A stretch of DNA of 64,000 nt from Octopus vulgaris (GCA_951406725.2 OX597826.1:46686001-46750000); one strand, 5' to 3'; shown: positions 1 through 14,410, counted from the first letter of the stretch. The notes: generated from the sequence alone by a model not told the origin. A program made the numbers and translations.

Positions 1-212
1 TGTTCAGTACGTTTGTGTGTATGCCTCATACGTTGTTGTAAGCAAAACAACACGATGACAGTTAAAGAAGTCTCGGGACTTCAATGGTGAAGATTTTTAA
101 ATAACCATTTCCCGTAATTGAATCCTGTCAGTATATATTAGATTACATTTTCAGTTTTTACTCTTTTATCAAACTCTTTCTTCGTGACTGTCTAAGTTAA
201 TTAAAAAAAACT

Positions 213-567
213 ACATATATATATATATATATATACACAAACACAAATATATATATATATGTATATATGCACAAATATATATCAATATATATATATAAAT
301 ATATATATATAAATATACATATATATATAAATATATATATACATATATATATAAGTATATATATATGTATATATATATATGTATTTAAATATATATATAC
401 ATATATATATATAAATATATACACGTATATATATATACGTATATAAATATCTATCTATATATACACACATATATATACATATATATATACACACGCATAT
501 ATATATATATGCACACATACATATGCATATATATACATATACATATATATACATATATATACACATG

Positions 568-629
<62 letters not shown>

Positions 630-635
630 TATACA
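213..635. repeat. Degenerate (TA)n/(TACA)n microsatellite
   Basis: Directly visible; explains the YI/IY-rich ORFs here. Confidence 0.95.
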
Positions 636-1413
636 CAATACACATTTCTCATGCAAGTATTCACTGGAACCAGAAATATTGAAGAAAATAAAGAATAAAG
701 AAAAGGAAGAATTGAAAAAAAAAAAATAAGAAGAAGAAAAAGATATCGTTACCATTTTAGCTTTCTTTCTGATATATAAAGTAAAAATGTGTTGTTGATA
801 ATTTATTTTAAACAATTTTTTTCCTTCTTATAAATGTTATCTATCTCGGCAGCACTCTCATCCATTTAGCTATAGAAATGCACGTAGCGTGTTCGTGAGA
901 AACTAACTATTGTCCGACCATACCGTAGGAGTTCGATTTTAATATAACGTCTGTGTCTTGTTAGGTTACTGTTGTTGTTCATAATGTTCTTGTTGCTACT
1001 GTTGATGTTGCAGCTGTTGTTGTTGCTGCTGTTGTTGTTGATGTTGTTGTTACAGTCGTTGTTGTTTTGGTATTTTTGTGTACCAAATTATACCATGATA
1101 TTAGTGGTATGTGGCGGTGGAGTGTTTGAATATCTGGTGGTTTTTGCCTATTTCAAGATTGTACAAGGAGTGAAATATCGTTGCTTAATTCCTAAGATCA
1201 AAAAGATAATTGCAAAATCACCACAGCAAACCTTCGGAATGTACAATAGTGAAATAGACTTTCAGATAGAATCTACATGCAATCAAGGACGGCAATCGTC
1301 CATCCAGCATCTACGGCGAGTTTTATAAAGTGTGCCCTCTTGTTCTAGGTCCCAGGTATGAGAAGAGAATACAAATAGAGTCAGTACTTATAATATATAC
1401 AGTACAGTATCAA

Positions 1414-1643
1414 AAGGCGGCGAGCTGGCAGAAACGTTAGCGCGTCGGGCGAAATGCTTAGCGGTATTTCGCCTGTCATTACGTTCTGAGTTCAAATTCC
1501 GCCGACGTCGACTTTGCCTTTCATCCTTTCGCGGTCGATAAATAAAGTACCAGTTTCGCACTGGGGTCGATGTAATCGACTTAATCCCTTTGTCTGTCCT
1601 TGTTTGTCCTCTCTATGATTAGCCCCTTGTGGGCAGTAAAGAA
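1414..1643 (+). mobile_element. tRNA-derived SINE, family A (tail ...AGCCCCTTGTGGGYAGTAAAGAAATA)
   Basis: Head AGGCGGCGAGCTGGCAGAAACGTTAG, B-box-like GAGTTCAAATTCC and core GCCTTTCATCCTTTCG..GTCGATAAA. Flanked by an 18-bp TSD with one mismatch (ATATATACWGTACAGTAT at 1393-1410 and 1644-1661). Many homologous copies in the window. Confidence 0.9.
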
Positions 1644-2167
1644 ATATATACTGTACAGTATTGCAGTTGAGGATGATTCGATGTTCTGATATTGCAAAAC
1701 CATCATTGGTCAAACAACATAAGCAATTATTCATTAACATTTACAGAGCCTAAAGCTAAATTTAAGATAAAAGTATTTGTTACAAGAATGTTTCTTTGTT
1801 GTTTTTCTTTAAGTCGTTAGAAATTCTGCGTTTTTAGTCAATTAAAAGTATTGTCCAAGTTGTTTAAAATTTGTCGAGCGCCTACAAATTTTAACGTGCT
1901 TAATAGTCACTGGATTTGCCTAGGGCGCATCACAAAGCTCTGCTTATAAAATAGATGGGGGTGAGATAAAGATTATGAATTACCCTGCGGCTTCGCTTAT
2001 ATCTAGATGGAACTGCATAAAGAATATCAAGTATCTTGGCGGAAATCGACTTCAAAGTGAAAGAGAATTTGAAAAAGTCGTTCCTTCAAACCTCAAACGG
2101 ATGTCTCTCACCGATGTCTCAGTAGAAAGACTGAGGAGCAAAATTTTCATCTCAATGTATTTTTGAT

Positions 2168-2396
2168 TACTCTCTTTACTCTTTTACTCTTTTACTTGTT
2201 TCAGTCATTTGACTGCGGCCATGCTGGAGTACCGCCTTTAATCGAGCAACTCGATCCCGGAACTTATTCTTTGTAAGCCCAGTACTTATTCTATCGGTCA
2301 CTTTTGCCGAACCGCTAGGTGACGGGGACATAAACACACCAGCATCAGTTGTCAAGCAATGCTAGGGGGAGGACAAACACAGACACATAAACACAC

Positions 2397-2485
<89 letters not shown>

Positions 2486-2790
2486 CTTTTATTAAACTAT
2501 TAATACTTTTGATATATATTTAAAATAATATAAATTAATTAATTTTATGTATTGGCTTAAGTTTTTCATTGTTTGATTTGCCTAATAGTGGTTTTATCTC
2601 TAATTTAATATAATATATATATATATATATAGATACATATATACGACGGGCTTCTTTCAGTTTCCGTCTACCAAATCCACTCACAAGGCTTTGGTCGGCC
2701 CGAGGCTATAGTAGAAGACACTTGCCCAAGGTGCCACGCAGTGGGACTGAACCCGGAACCATGTGGTTGGTAAACAAGCTACTTACCACA
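2168..2790 (-). mobile_element. tRNA-derived SINE, family C (OR2/CORE-like) with internal (CA)n(TA)n tract
   Basis: Reverse complement of the copy at 3082-3585. CORE-like CACCTTGGGCAAGTG motif and (AAAAGAGT)n tail. Carries an extra 136-bp insert at 2482-2617. Confidence 0.9.
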
Positions 2791-3081
2791 CTCCTGCTAA
2801 CATCTCCTTCAAAGAAGGTTGACTAAGGGAGCAAATAAAGAGGTGGTGGTGGTTGTGGTGGTGGTAGTTGTGATGAGTAAATTATCTCAATATTTCTATA
2901 TTCATCTTATACCTGGCCTCCTCTTTTCTGATAGTGTCTCATTTTAATTCTAAAGGTACAGATATTAACGAGTGCGCTCATATACAGATGCACACCTATA
3001 CCTGCAAACACACACACTCACACAAACTCATACATGCATGCACGCATGCATACACATGTACAATTTATGTGTATACAATAT

Positions 3082-3585
<504 letters not shown>

Positions 3586-3598
3586 ATACATTTATAAG

Positions 3599-3632
<34 letters not shown>

Positions 3633-4342
3633 TGTATGTATGTATGTATGTATGTATGTATGTATGTATCTCTCTCTCTCTTACTCTATGCATATATATA
3701 TGTATCTCTCACTTTCTCTCTCTATTTATGCATGTATGTATGTATGTATGTATGTATCTATCTATCTATCTACCTATCTATCTATATAAGCTTGTGTGAA
3801 TGCGTGAGTGTCTGTGCGCATGAGTGTGAGTGCGTGCGCGCGTCTATGTGTGTGTATGCGTGTGCACAGAGTTCATACATTTATACTCAGCTTATCAAGC
3901 CATTAGCTCTAAAATATATTGTGTCTTTCAATAATACATCATCAAAAGTTTTCTTTTTAGTCCGGACGGAAAACTGCAGTATTATCTTTATTATTGAACT
4001 GCTTCTATTGCATAATTCGAACTTATTCTCCTGATGCGATACCACTGCAAATCAGCTGATATTTTATACATTACCTTATATACTTTAGACAAACACTTTC
4101 AGTTTCGTTTCAGGAGTAACACGTGTACGTAACATTGATAAGCAACAACTACAGTGCAATGCGGTATCCTCCTCTTTTGTGATCACATCTGGAGCGACTT
4201 CGTTTCGTCTAGTTCTGAAGTATATTGTGTTTTTTTAACACTATACACTTAACGCTTTAACGCTCTTCTTTCCTGTCGCGAAAAATCGCAGCTTTTGGCG
4301 TTTAAACAATACCCAGATGTTAAGTATGTGGGTATATGTATG

Positions 4343-4388
<46 letters not shown>

Positions 4389-4423
4389 CATATGAGTATA
4401 TAAATGCATACTCACGTGTACAC

Positions 4424-4467
<44 letters not shown>

Positions 4468-4468
4468 T

Positions 4469-4529
<61 letters not shown>

Positions 4530-6678
4530 TTATATATAAACGCATATGCATATATACATGTGCGTTCATAAGCGTAATGAGAAAGAACATGGAAAGGGCA
4601 TCAGGTTAGCACTATGCCGTATATGATGTATAATTTCATTTCATCATTTAATCATAGAATGTATTTACTATCTGTAGAATGGCTGTTGATTAATATTGGT
4701 TTATTCCCCACCTTGCTATATGAAACCCAACTTCACACTTTCAACGTCCAGGGATATTTACGTAAATATTGTAAAGGTAAAAGCCACAGGTATATTTATC
4801 ATTTGAGCATTTGAGAGATTTCTGACAAAATAGCGTAAAAATATGATTTGAAAATTAAAATGAATAAATTAAAAGGTTAAATATTAAATAAATAAAAACC
4901 CTTAATAATTTAACGTAATATCAAATTGAGATTGCTATGAGTATGGAATAGCTCCACTAATGAGACTAGACAAATTTGATGTAACCGCAGAAGAATAAAA
5001 AAAAAATCATATAAATGATTTATCAACAGTTAATGCTGATACTCGTTGAACTCAAAATGGATTTTCAAATTAGCGCCATTTTGTTTTTCGCCAAGCTAAA
5101 CGGACGTCCATGTTTTCATGAAATATTAATTTATCGCTTCCTGCTACGAATCTGATGAACAACCACTGGAAGTAAGCACGAAAGTCAGCAGATTAAAATA
5201 AATTTGTTAAACGTTATAAGAGGATTAAAAATGGCAATATGTGATTCAGTCACTGCAAATTTAATTCACTTTTTTTTATATATTTTAAATTTCGTTTTAT
5301 TTCTATTAAAAATGGATTTTGAAGTTCACTCGACCTAGCTGTGATAGTTTATCAACTCACTTATAACATTGTTACTACTTAATCTTGCTAATTTTCAAGT
5401 CTGACTTTTAGAAAGGTTAGATTTCTGAAGAGATTTTCATCAATGCTTTACACACCACTCAACAATACATAAATTATTTGCGACCTTAATATAGCATTCG
5501 AGGCAGAAAATGTTCGTAATATTAGGTTAATACCCATGAATGCACATATTTATAGATTGAAATATGTATCAATGAGAACGCCATTTTTTTAATGAATTGC
5601 CTTCAAATGTTGTTTTATTTCATGGTATTCATTTATAATGTTCCTGACGTTGTTGTTGTTGTTGTTTTGCCCGAGATCAAGTAGAAACATAATAAAAGGC
5701 GTTCGAATTGCAATTCCTATTTTGTACTTTTAATTAGGACTTCATCATCGATAGTGTGTTTCCCTGTTTCTTAAAGGAATAGGCAGAGCTTCCTTATTTA
5801 ACAAAGCGGTATAAAGCCATTTTCGGGTCCCAGGATGGTGTGAAGACACCTGTTCCCACACTATACCAGGACTTCCCTTAAATGATCAAATGATAAATAG
5901 ATCTGCGACGAAACTCAAGAGTGTTTAAATTTTCTTTCTTTTTTATTGATGGAGTGGAGCTTATCAGATATTCATGAGCCCTACCATGGCTCTTCTGTCC
6001 CCAGACCGATGTACCGAGTGATCTCTTGATAGGCTCTATGATAGAATCTTATCTGAGTCCTATTTTTAGCAGGTCATGCAGTTATGTAGCGTATTCATCG
6101 TTGATTCGCTATTTACAACGTAGGTGTAATAGGAAAAATTAATTGAACAAGAAAGTGGCATGCTATGATGTTCATGCTACCGTCAAGAAGATCAAACGAG
6201 TAAGCAAAAAGAAATGACTCCACCCTGAAATCGAAATTGCGTCACGCCAATGGAGTAACGTGTAATGTGCGGGATAGTGCAGACGGCACAGCACGGCCAT
6301 TTTATGTATGAATTTCCTGTAGTGTTACGTTTAAGATAGGAGTCAGCTAATTTGGTGGTTTTATCCATTTCAAGATTGTGCAAGAAAAGAAGTACCTTTT
6401 TCTAATTCCAAGAGCAAAAGGGAAATTGAAAAACCACCACGGTAATCTTTCCAAATGTACAATAACGAGATGGACTTGCAGATAGAATCTATATACAATC
6501 AAGGACAGTGATAGTGTATTCAGTGATCTCGGTACACGGTGACCCAAATCCATACTACGCCACTATGACTCTCATGCCTCATCAGGAGCGCTAGTAGATG
6601 CATCTGTCAGTAAATTCTGATGGTATTTATAGTCAGTGGATGAAACGTACTTTACGTCATACAAAAACCCAACGACCA

Positions 6679-6870
6679 TCTCTTATATAAAATCCGTTCT
6701 GTCTGTCTGTCTGTGTGTGTGGCTTCTAGGATCTCGGGCATCCTCCATCCGATTGCGCTCAAATTTGTTATGTAGATACCGACGGTATCAGGGCGTGTAT
6801 AAGTCTTGAAAGTATTACAAAAATCGCTTCCAGGTGAGAATGCGATCGATAAAGCCGTGGGAAATCGTTT
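6679..6870 (+). mobile_element. Helitron-like non-autonomous element, 5' part
   Basis: A|TC..TATATAAAA start, (GTCT)n tract and CCGATT...AAATTTG motif typical of Helitron/DINE-like 5' ends. No 3' CTAG end recognised. Confidence 0.5.
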
Positions 6871-7439
6871 TTCTTTGGAATAGAAAAAAAGTCTATCTTT
6901 ATTTCTTCTTTTGCTGGTGTCTCAAATTTAGCTTAAATCAGTGTTTCTCAAAGGAGAGGCCTATGGGACGGTCGGACAAGTTGTTTTGAGAAAATTTGGT
7001 TTAAATGTTTGACAACTCAGCACCGTCCATTGGACGGAGTGGGGGGCGTTTTGCTCGTTCTATAAAAGATTAGTATATTGATAGGATTTATGCGATTTAG
7101 GACATATACTAGGAAAATTAATGCTGCAGCTCAACCTCAACACCGGCAATAGTCAATATTATATTTGTAGCATGTGCCCATTTCTATTTTAGTTTAGACC
7201 ATTATTCCTTTCCTTTTCTGTTTTTGGTTTACCCCTATTTTTACCACTAAGTTACAGTCATACTTGGCTGAAAGAATCAAGCATAATCATGACGTTAATT
7301 AACAATTTTCTCGAACTGGTTTGTAAAATCTTTACTCCGTTTTAAATACAAAATATTAGGTGACATAAATTTGCAATCGTCCATATTACGTTAGATTATA
7401 TACGGTTCATTATTTATAAATTGAACGCAGATTATATAC

Positions 7440-7585
7440 AGGCGCAGACATGATTGTGTGGTTTAGAAGCTTATTCTGCAAGCAAGAAGTTCCGTGTTCT
7501 GCTCCACTGCCTGCCATGTTAGGCAAATATCTTCTTCTATAGTTCCGGCCTGATCAATTTAATAGGCAGGAACTGGGGAAGCCCG

Positions 7586-7651
<66 letters not shown>

Positions 7652-7703
7652 TGTGTGTCTGTGTGTGTGAGTGTGTGTGTATGTGTGTGTGTGTGTATTT
7701 ATG

Positions 7704-7748
<45 letters not shown>

Positions 7749-7960
7749 ATATGTGTGTATGTGTGTGTGTGTATGTGCGCGCGTTTGTGTATGTAGTCTT
7801 TGTGTTTGTGTTCGTCTCCACACGCCGCTCGACAACCGGTGTTGGTTTGCTTGCGCCCTCGTGACTTAGCGGTTCGTACTGGAATCGATTTGTTCTACTG
7901 AAACGCTTCAAGACGTTGCACCAACATGTCCGCAGCCCAATGACTGAAATATGTCCAAGG
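7440..7960 (+). mobile_element. SINE family C, diverged copy
   Basis: Head-microsatellite-tail layout homologous to 3082-3585. Confidence 0.8.
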
Positions 7961-8461
7961 TAAATAGTAACTAAACCTATAACCACTTGATAAATAGATA
8001 GATAACGTACAATATGATGAAATTACAAGCTGGGTTCTGGGATTTTTTTTCCATAATTGATACGAAAATTTTAGCAAACGAAAGCGAATGATAAAACGAG
8101 AGGCAGCTGATTTATTCAACAACAGTGAAGTAAGAGAGGACCATAAATTTTCTTCCTACCGCTGTTAGAATAACAATGGAATAATGCCAGATTTTTAAAA
8201 AGAGTATGGCAAGGACAATTGCTCATCGTAATTGACCAATCAATCGAGATATCATTTCAATGTGATTTGTAAAAGCATGTTTTAACAGTGAGCAAACATT
8301 TAGGTTCAGAGAATACTTGTCGTCGCTAAGTGTACAGTATTTTTCGATACCTGAAAACAGTTTGTCTAATACAAGATATCTTACATTTAGACATAATTTC
8401 CCAAAATTCATTCAGGGTAAGAAGTGGCATGTAAAATAATTCTTTTGGATATAACTATCTC

Positions 8462-8905
8462 ATCTTTTATCATTTACTTGTTTCAGTCATTTGACTGTAG
8501 CCATGCTGAAGTACCTCCTTGAAGAATTGTAGTCGAACCATTCGACCCCAGTACATTTGTAACCCTGGTATTTATTTTGTCAGTCTCTTTTGCCGAACCG
8601 CTAAATTATAGGGACATAGACACTGACGAGGTTGTTAATTGCTGGTGGGGGAAAACACAGACAAAGAGATGCACACACGGACAATCATACACATACACGC
8701 ACAAACACACACACGCACACAAATCCACACACACATATATATATACGACGGGTTTGTTTCAGTTGCCGTCTACCAAATCCACTCACAAGGTTTCAGTCGG
8801 CCCAAGGCTATAATAGAAGACACTTGCCTAAGGTGCCACGCAGTGGGATTGAAGCCAGAACCAAGTGATTGGGAAGCTATTTTCTTACCACAGAGCCACA
8901 CTTGC
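8462..8905 (-). mobile_element. SINE family C
   Basis: TACTTGTTTCAGTCATTTGACTG ... TACCAAATCCACTCACAAGG ... GGTGCCACGCAGTGGGA. Confidence 0.85.
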
Positions 8906-9189
8906 GCCAATTTTTATTGTTATTTCACTGTCTGTAAATGGATCACACTACAACTAAAACATAAGCTTCCATGAAAAAATTGTGCCATATTGGATAAATT
9001 AAAGGAGGAACAACAGAGACAGAATCATCGGTGAATAAACCATCTATCCATATCAACTTACTGGGTGTTGACAGTTTGAAGTGTGCGTTGTATCCAGTAT
9101 TAACAATATATACTTTTAAAGGACAGAATACAGAATATCTTCTCAAAGTGAAACCAACATCCAACCATTACTGGATAAAACAGACGACT

Positions 9190-9860
9190 CTAAGTTATCC
9201 GACTTACTTCCTGTTTAAAGTGATCAAAAGCAAAATTTTCCTTCCAAATTTCAGGTTGATTTATGTCTCAAAGATTAGCTTAAACTTGACACCTATTTTA
9301 CTAAATTCCTCGTTATTTTCCAAAATTAATTGAAACAAAGGCAGAATATTTCAATAAAAAATGGTAACAAAAGGGTGATATCCTTTCGATACCAAACCAT
9401 CTGAGACCAGCCGTTGTTCAATATTGTAAACTTTTTGTTTCAAAAGTGATCTGAATTAGAATCTTCCATCAATATTTCATGCCAATTTATATTTCAAATT
9501 CTAGCTTAAGGCTGACAAAGTTATTTTATTGAATTCTTCAATATTTTCAAAGTTAATTGAACTATATAGAAGTGTATTTAAGGCGGCGAGCTGGCAGGAT
9601 CGTTAGCACACCGGGCGAAATGCGTAGCCGTATTTCGTCTGCCGTTACGTTCTGAGTTCAAGTTCCGCTGAGGTCGACTTTGCCTTTCATCCTTTCGAGG
9701 TCGATAAATTAAGTACCAGTTACGCACTGGGGTCGATGTAATCGATTAATCCGTTTATCTGTCCTTGTTTGTCCCCTCTGTGTTTAGCCCCTTGTGGGTA
9801 GTAAAGAAATATATATATAGAAGTGTATTTCTAAAGACATATATTAACAAAAGGTTTAGA
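9190..9860. mobile_element. Two tandem degenerate piggyBac-like MITE copies, the second interrupted by a SINE
   Basis: 9210-9378 aligns with 9440-9579 plus 9831-9858. Ends GGTAACAAAAGGG and CCTTTCGATACC resemble CCCTTT-type TIRs. Confidence 0.5.
9580..9808 (+). mobile_element. SINE family A, full length
   Basis: Near-identical to 1414-1643; 17-bp TSD TATATAGAAGTGTATTT at 9563-9579 and 9814-9830. Confidence 0.93.
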
Positions 9861-10483
9861 TATATATTAACAAAAGGTTTAGATATAAAGATAAAAATAT
9901 TATTTGTTGGCGTTTATCTATGATTTTCTCAGGTCGGTAGATTTTAATATTGTAGCACTTCAACAAGAAGTGCTAGTTAACTGGGAAATAAAATCGGTGA
10001 AACACTGAAAATATTTCAATCTTTTTCAGATACCTGCTGAGGAAACATTGTATATTTTATGATTGGTAATTAAAAAATGCCGAGAAAGCATTTAGTAGCC
10101 GTGGCTGAAGAAAGATAATCTTGAGAATGTTAGAAAGTCTCTTGAACAGAGGTCTAAACTTGATAGACTGAAGTAGAGCCGCCTGGATGAGGAAAGTACG
10201 CTGTGAGAGCCGAAACATTCAATGACCACGGATGCAACAGCTGATGATGTGCCTATGTATTGTATCTGTAGATGAATGATTGAACTCAAATTTATCATTT
10301 ACATCTTTAAAGAATAAGGATTATTCAACCGCCCAACAGAAAACACAACCAAACTGAAATCAGGCAGCAAAAGCCAGCATAGTTGTATATTCCGTCTTCA
10401 TTAACATAATATTTTGGTGATAAAATATTATGTTAATTAAGATGGAAGATGCAGACGACTGGAGCTAAGCTAATTATACAGGA

Positions 10484-10662
10484 TCTTCTTCTTCTTCTTC
10501 TTCTTCTTCTTCTTCTTCTTCTTCTTCTTCTTCTTCTTCTTCTTCTTCTTGCTGTTGTTTTGATTGCTGTTGTAGTTTTATCATTATTATTATTATTGGC
10601 AGTAGTAGTAGTAGTAGTGGTAGTAGCAGCAGCAGTAGTAGTAGTAGTAGTAGTAGTAGCAG

Positions 10663-10703
<41 letters not shown>

Positions 10704-10705
10704 GA
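10484..10705. repeat. Compound (CTT)n/(GTA)n/(GTT)n microsatellite
   Basis: Directly visible. Confidence 0.95.
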
Positions 10706-11002
10706 TGTTCTTGTTACTCTTGTAGATTTCTTTTTCCTTATCCGGATTGGGTTTCGAAACAACTGAAGCGAAAATAATTTCAGACATGTTTTGAGATATC
10801 AAGAAATAATGGTAAGGAATGGCATCTATTCCTGGAGCAGTTTCTGTTATTGTTTGCTTATCAGTATCTTTGTCAGCCAGTAAACACGCTGCTATCGTTC
10901 TAATCTTGGTTAGTGACTCTACTAATATGTTTACTTGTACTTGCTAGTAGAACAGGATGTGTCTATTTTCATGGGAATCCGATTGGCAACAAATAAAAAC
11001 CA

Positions 11003-11308
11003 CGATGAAGACGACGACGTCGACGACGACGACGATGATGATGATGTTGAGGATGATGATGGTGATGATTATGATAACGATAGTAATGACGATGATGGCG
11101 ATGGCGATGGTGATGACGACAACGACGAAGATGATGATCATGATGATGATGACAACGACAGTGATGATGATGATGATGACCACAGCGATGATGAAACAAT
11201 GAGGGTGATGATAATAATGAAGAGGATGTTGAGGAAAACGATGATGAGGAAAACGATGATGGTGACGATGAGGATGATGATGAAGATGATAATGAAGATG
11301 AGGATGAC

Positions 11309-11371
<63 letters not shown>

Positions 11372-11640
11372 GATGATGATGATGATAAAGTCGATGATGA
11401 TGACGATGAGGATGATGATGAAAACGATGATGATGACGATGACGATGAGGATGCTGATGATGATAATGATGGTGAAGATGACGATGACGACGACAACGAC
11501 GACAAAGAGGATGATGATGGTGATGATGACGACTACAAAGACGACGATGGTGATGAAAATGACGACGACGACGGCGGCGGCGGCGATGATGATGGCGGCG
11601 ACGATGACAACGATGTTGAAATAATGATGATGGTGTTAGT
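11003..11640. repeat. Degenerate (GAT/GAC)n trinucleotide array
   Basis: Directly visible; source of the poly-D/M/S ORFs. Confidence 0.95.
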
Positions 11641-11774
11641 AGTGTTGGATATCAGTGGTGGTGCAGGTGGTGGGATCTTGGTAAAGGTAGTTGAGGCAGC
11701 GGCGGCGGCTGCGGCTGCGGACGTGGTGGTAATGATGGCGGTGATTTTAATGAATATTTATTTCTTTTATTTCT

Positions 11775-12170
11775 TTTACTTGATTCAGTCATTTGACTGC
11801 GGCCATACTGGAGCACCGCTTTTAGTCGAGCAAATCGACCCCCGGGACTTATTCTTTGTAAGCCCAGTACTTATTCTATCGGTCACTTTTTGCTGAACCG
11901 CTAAGTGACGGGGACGTAAACACACCAGCATCGGTTGTCAAGCAATGCTAGGGGAACAAACACAGACACACAAATACACACACATACATATATATACATA
12001 TATACGACAGGCTTCTTTCAGTTTCCGTCCACCAAATCCACTCACAAGGCATTGGTCGGCCCGGGGCTATAGTAGAAGACACTTGCCCAAGATGCCACGC
12101 AGTGGGACTGAACCCGGAACAAATGTGGTTGGTTAGCAAGCTACTTACCACACAGCCACTCCTGCGCCTA
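11775..12170 (-). mobile_element. SINE family C, near full length
   Basis: High identity to 2168-2790; head ends CACAGCCACTCCTGCGCCT. Confidence 0.92.
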
Positions 12171-12221
12171 TATGATGATGATAATGATGAGGGTACTGAT
12201 CAAGGTGGTAAAGAGCATGTT

Positions 12222-12453
<232 letters not shown>

Positions 12454-13273
12454 TCAACACCAAGCTTCAACAAAAAGCAAGCACGCAAAATAAAAAAAAT
12501 AATAAAATGCAACAAGGGAGATATAAACTCTCTCCTGAAGACAATACAAAAATGTTAAGAGAAACATCAAAATAAAAGTAAAAGAAAAAGACAGATAAAA
12601 TAATAGCTTTTGTGTGTGTTTGTGTGTGTGTGTGTGTGTTGTGTGTGTGTGTGCATGTGTAAGTGCGTGCATGTACGTGTGTGTATGTGTATGTATATGT
12701 GTGTATGTGTTTAGACATATGCATGTGTTATACCTCTCTTCCCCCGTCTGTCTGAATGTTTGTGAGTGTGTGTAAACACACACACACATATATATATATA
12801 TACATATATATACATATATATATATGTACCTGCATATTAGATAAATATGTATGTTACACATGTAGACAAAGCTAACTTACGCCCACATATATACACCATA
12901 CACATGCACATCGTTTGTTCACAGGCACAGACAGACACACACACACATGTACACACACCACCTAAACTGCTACACACAAAACACACCACCTCAACTGCTA
13001 CACACAAAACACACACACATTGCAGACGCACGGACTTATACACGCACAAATTCACACACGGCAGAATCACTAGCCCCTATACACACACACACACACACTT
13101 ACACATTCGCACACGCGATTCTCACATACAGGCACACGCACGCACACCTTCATTTGGGATCACCTTTTCTTTCAACCTCTTCTTTTCAAAGTTTTTTTCT
13201 AATTATTTGCCATGCTTGACCGCTAAATTTACAAGTTTGTTTTCATTCTCTCTCTATTTATTTTCTCTTATTC

Positions 13274-13309
13274 CTTTCTGTTGAAGAACGTAGGCTCGAA
13301 ACGTAAAAG
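13274..13309 (+). ncRNA. Minimal type-I hammerhead-ribozyme-like motif in a dispersed repeat (~13215-13400)
   Basis: CTTT-CTGTTGA-A-GAAC GTAG GCTC-GAA-ACGT-A-AAAG: stem I CTTT/AAAG and palindromic ACGT stem III; core has U at position 6. Second copy at 48178-48216. Confidence 0.5.
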
Positions 13310-13462
13310 ACACTCTCATTTTCCTGAGCGTCAAACTAATATACCTGCTTGTTGTTCATACACCTGTCATCATCTTTTGTTTCTCTATAAATTTGAACTA
13401 TATATATATGTGTGTGTGTGTAAAAAGCTACTGTTTGGTGATGTTCCGTACTTAATGTGTAT

Positions 13463-14410
13463 TTAATAAATAAAACATATGCATATATACATACATATAT
13501 GTACATACCTACATCTACATGTATATATACATGCATATATGGGTACAAGACACCAAAAAACGTCGAACACAATGAGAAACGAAAACATAAACACAAAACC
13601 AAGGAACTGGACATTTTTCTTAAACAACGAAAAAAAAAGAATACAGGACAAATAACACAAGGAAAATTCCCCTTCTTCAGTCGCCATGGCTTCATCTACT
13701 TCGCGTTTCGAAGGTGAAGGCGAGACGCGACTTCGACTGAAACATTCCTTCCCGCGAAAAGCAAATTAAATAAAATTTGAGATTTTTTTGCGGAGGGGTA
13801 AAAATGGTAACAAAAACAGGACAGTAACGAGAATACAAAATATAAACAGTAAAAGACAGGACAAGGAGAATAACAGTAACACAGACAAGAAGGGCTGTTA
13901 AGCCGAACGAGATAAAAAATTACGAACGCTATTTTTGAGAACGCCGAAGGAGCCACAGAAAATGCCGTCTACACTCAGGTGAAGCAAGGTCAGAAAAGAC
14001 AGTAGTTTCCTCATCGCTGACCAGCGACGGGACAGGGGAGGAGGAGTAAGAGAAAGGGAAGGGGAGAGAAAAAAGAGGAATGCTTGTAGAGAAAACCAGA
14101 AAGAATGAAGAATGAGAGAGAGGGAGGGAGAGACAGTAAGGTAGAAGAGAAGGAAGGCTGAGAAAGGGAGGGGGACAGAAAGGTTAAGAGTGCGCATCAG
14201 TATTAATATTAAGAACAAACTTACTTAGAAATGGATGCGTGCGTTCTGTCGTGTAATAACAAATTAATAAATAAAACATATACATATATACATACATATA
14301 TGAACGTACCTACATCTACATGTATACATACATGCATATATGGGTACAAGACACAAAAAAAAACGTCGAACACAATGAGAAACGAAAACATAAACACAAA
14401 ACCAAGGAAC
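13463..14410. mobile_element. Element bounded by ~145-bp direct repeats (Penelope pLTR-like or non-autonomous)
   Basis: 13463-13607 is repeated at 14264-14410 with few differences. No recognisable coding domain between them. Confidence 0.5.

Noticed and set aside
197-815. YI/CV/HT-rich ORFs here and throughout the window
   Set aside because: They are translations of di- and tetranucleotide microsatellites.
10935-11624. 229-aa Asp/Met-rich ORF as an acidic protein
   Set aside because: Degenerate GAT repeat that changes residue type mid-ORF; no splice or domain support.
13670-13715. Permuted hammerhead on the minus strand (CCTTC GAAAC ... CTGAAGA AGGGG)
   Set aside because: Both boxes are present but no stem I pairing can be formed.
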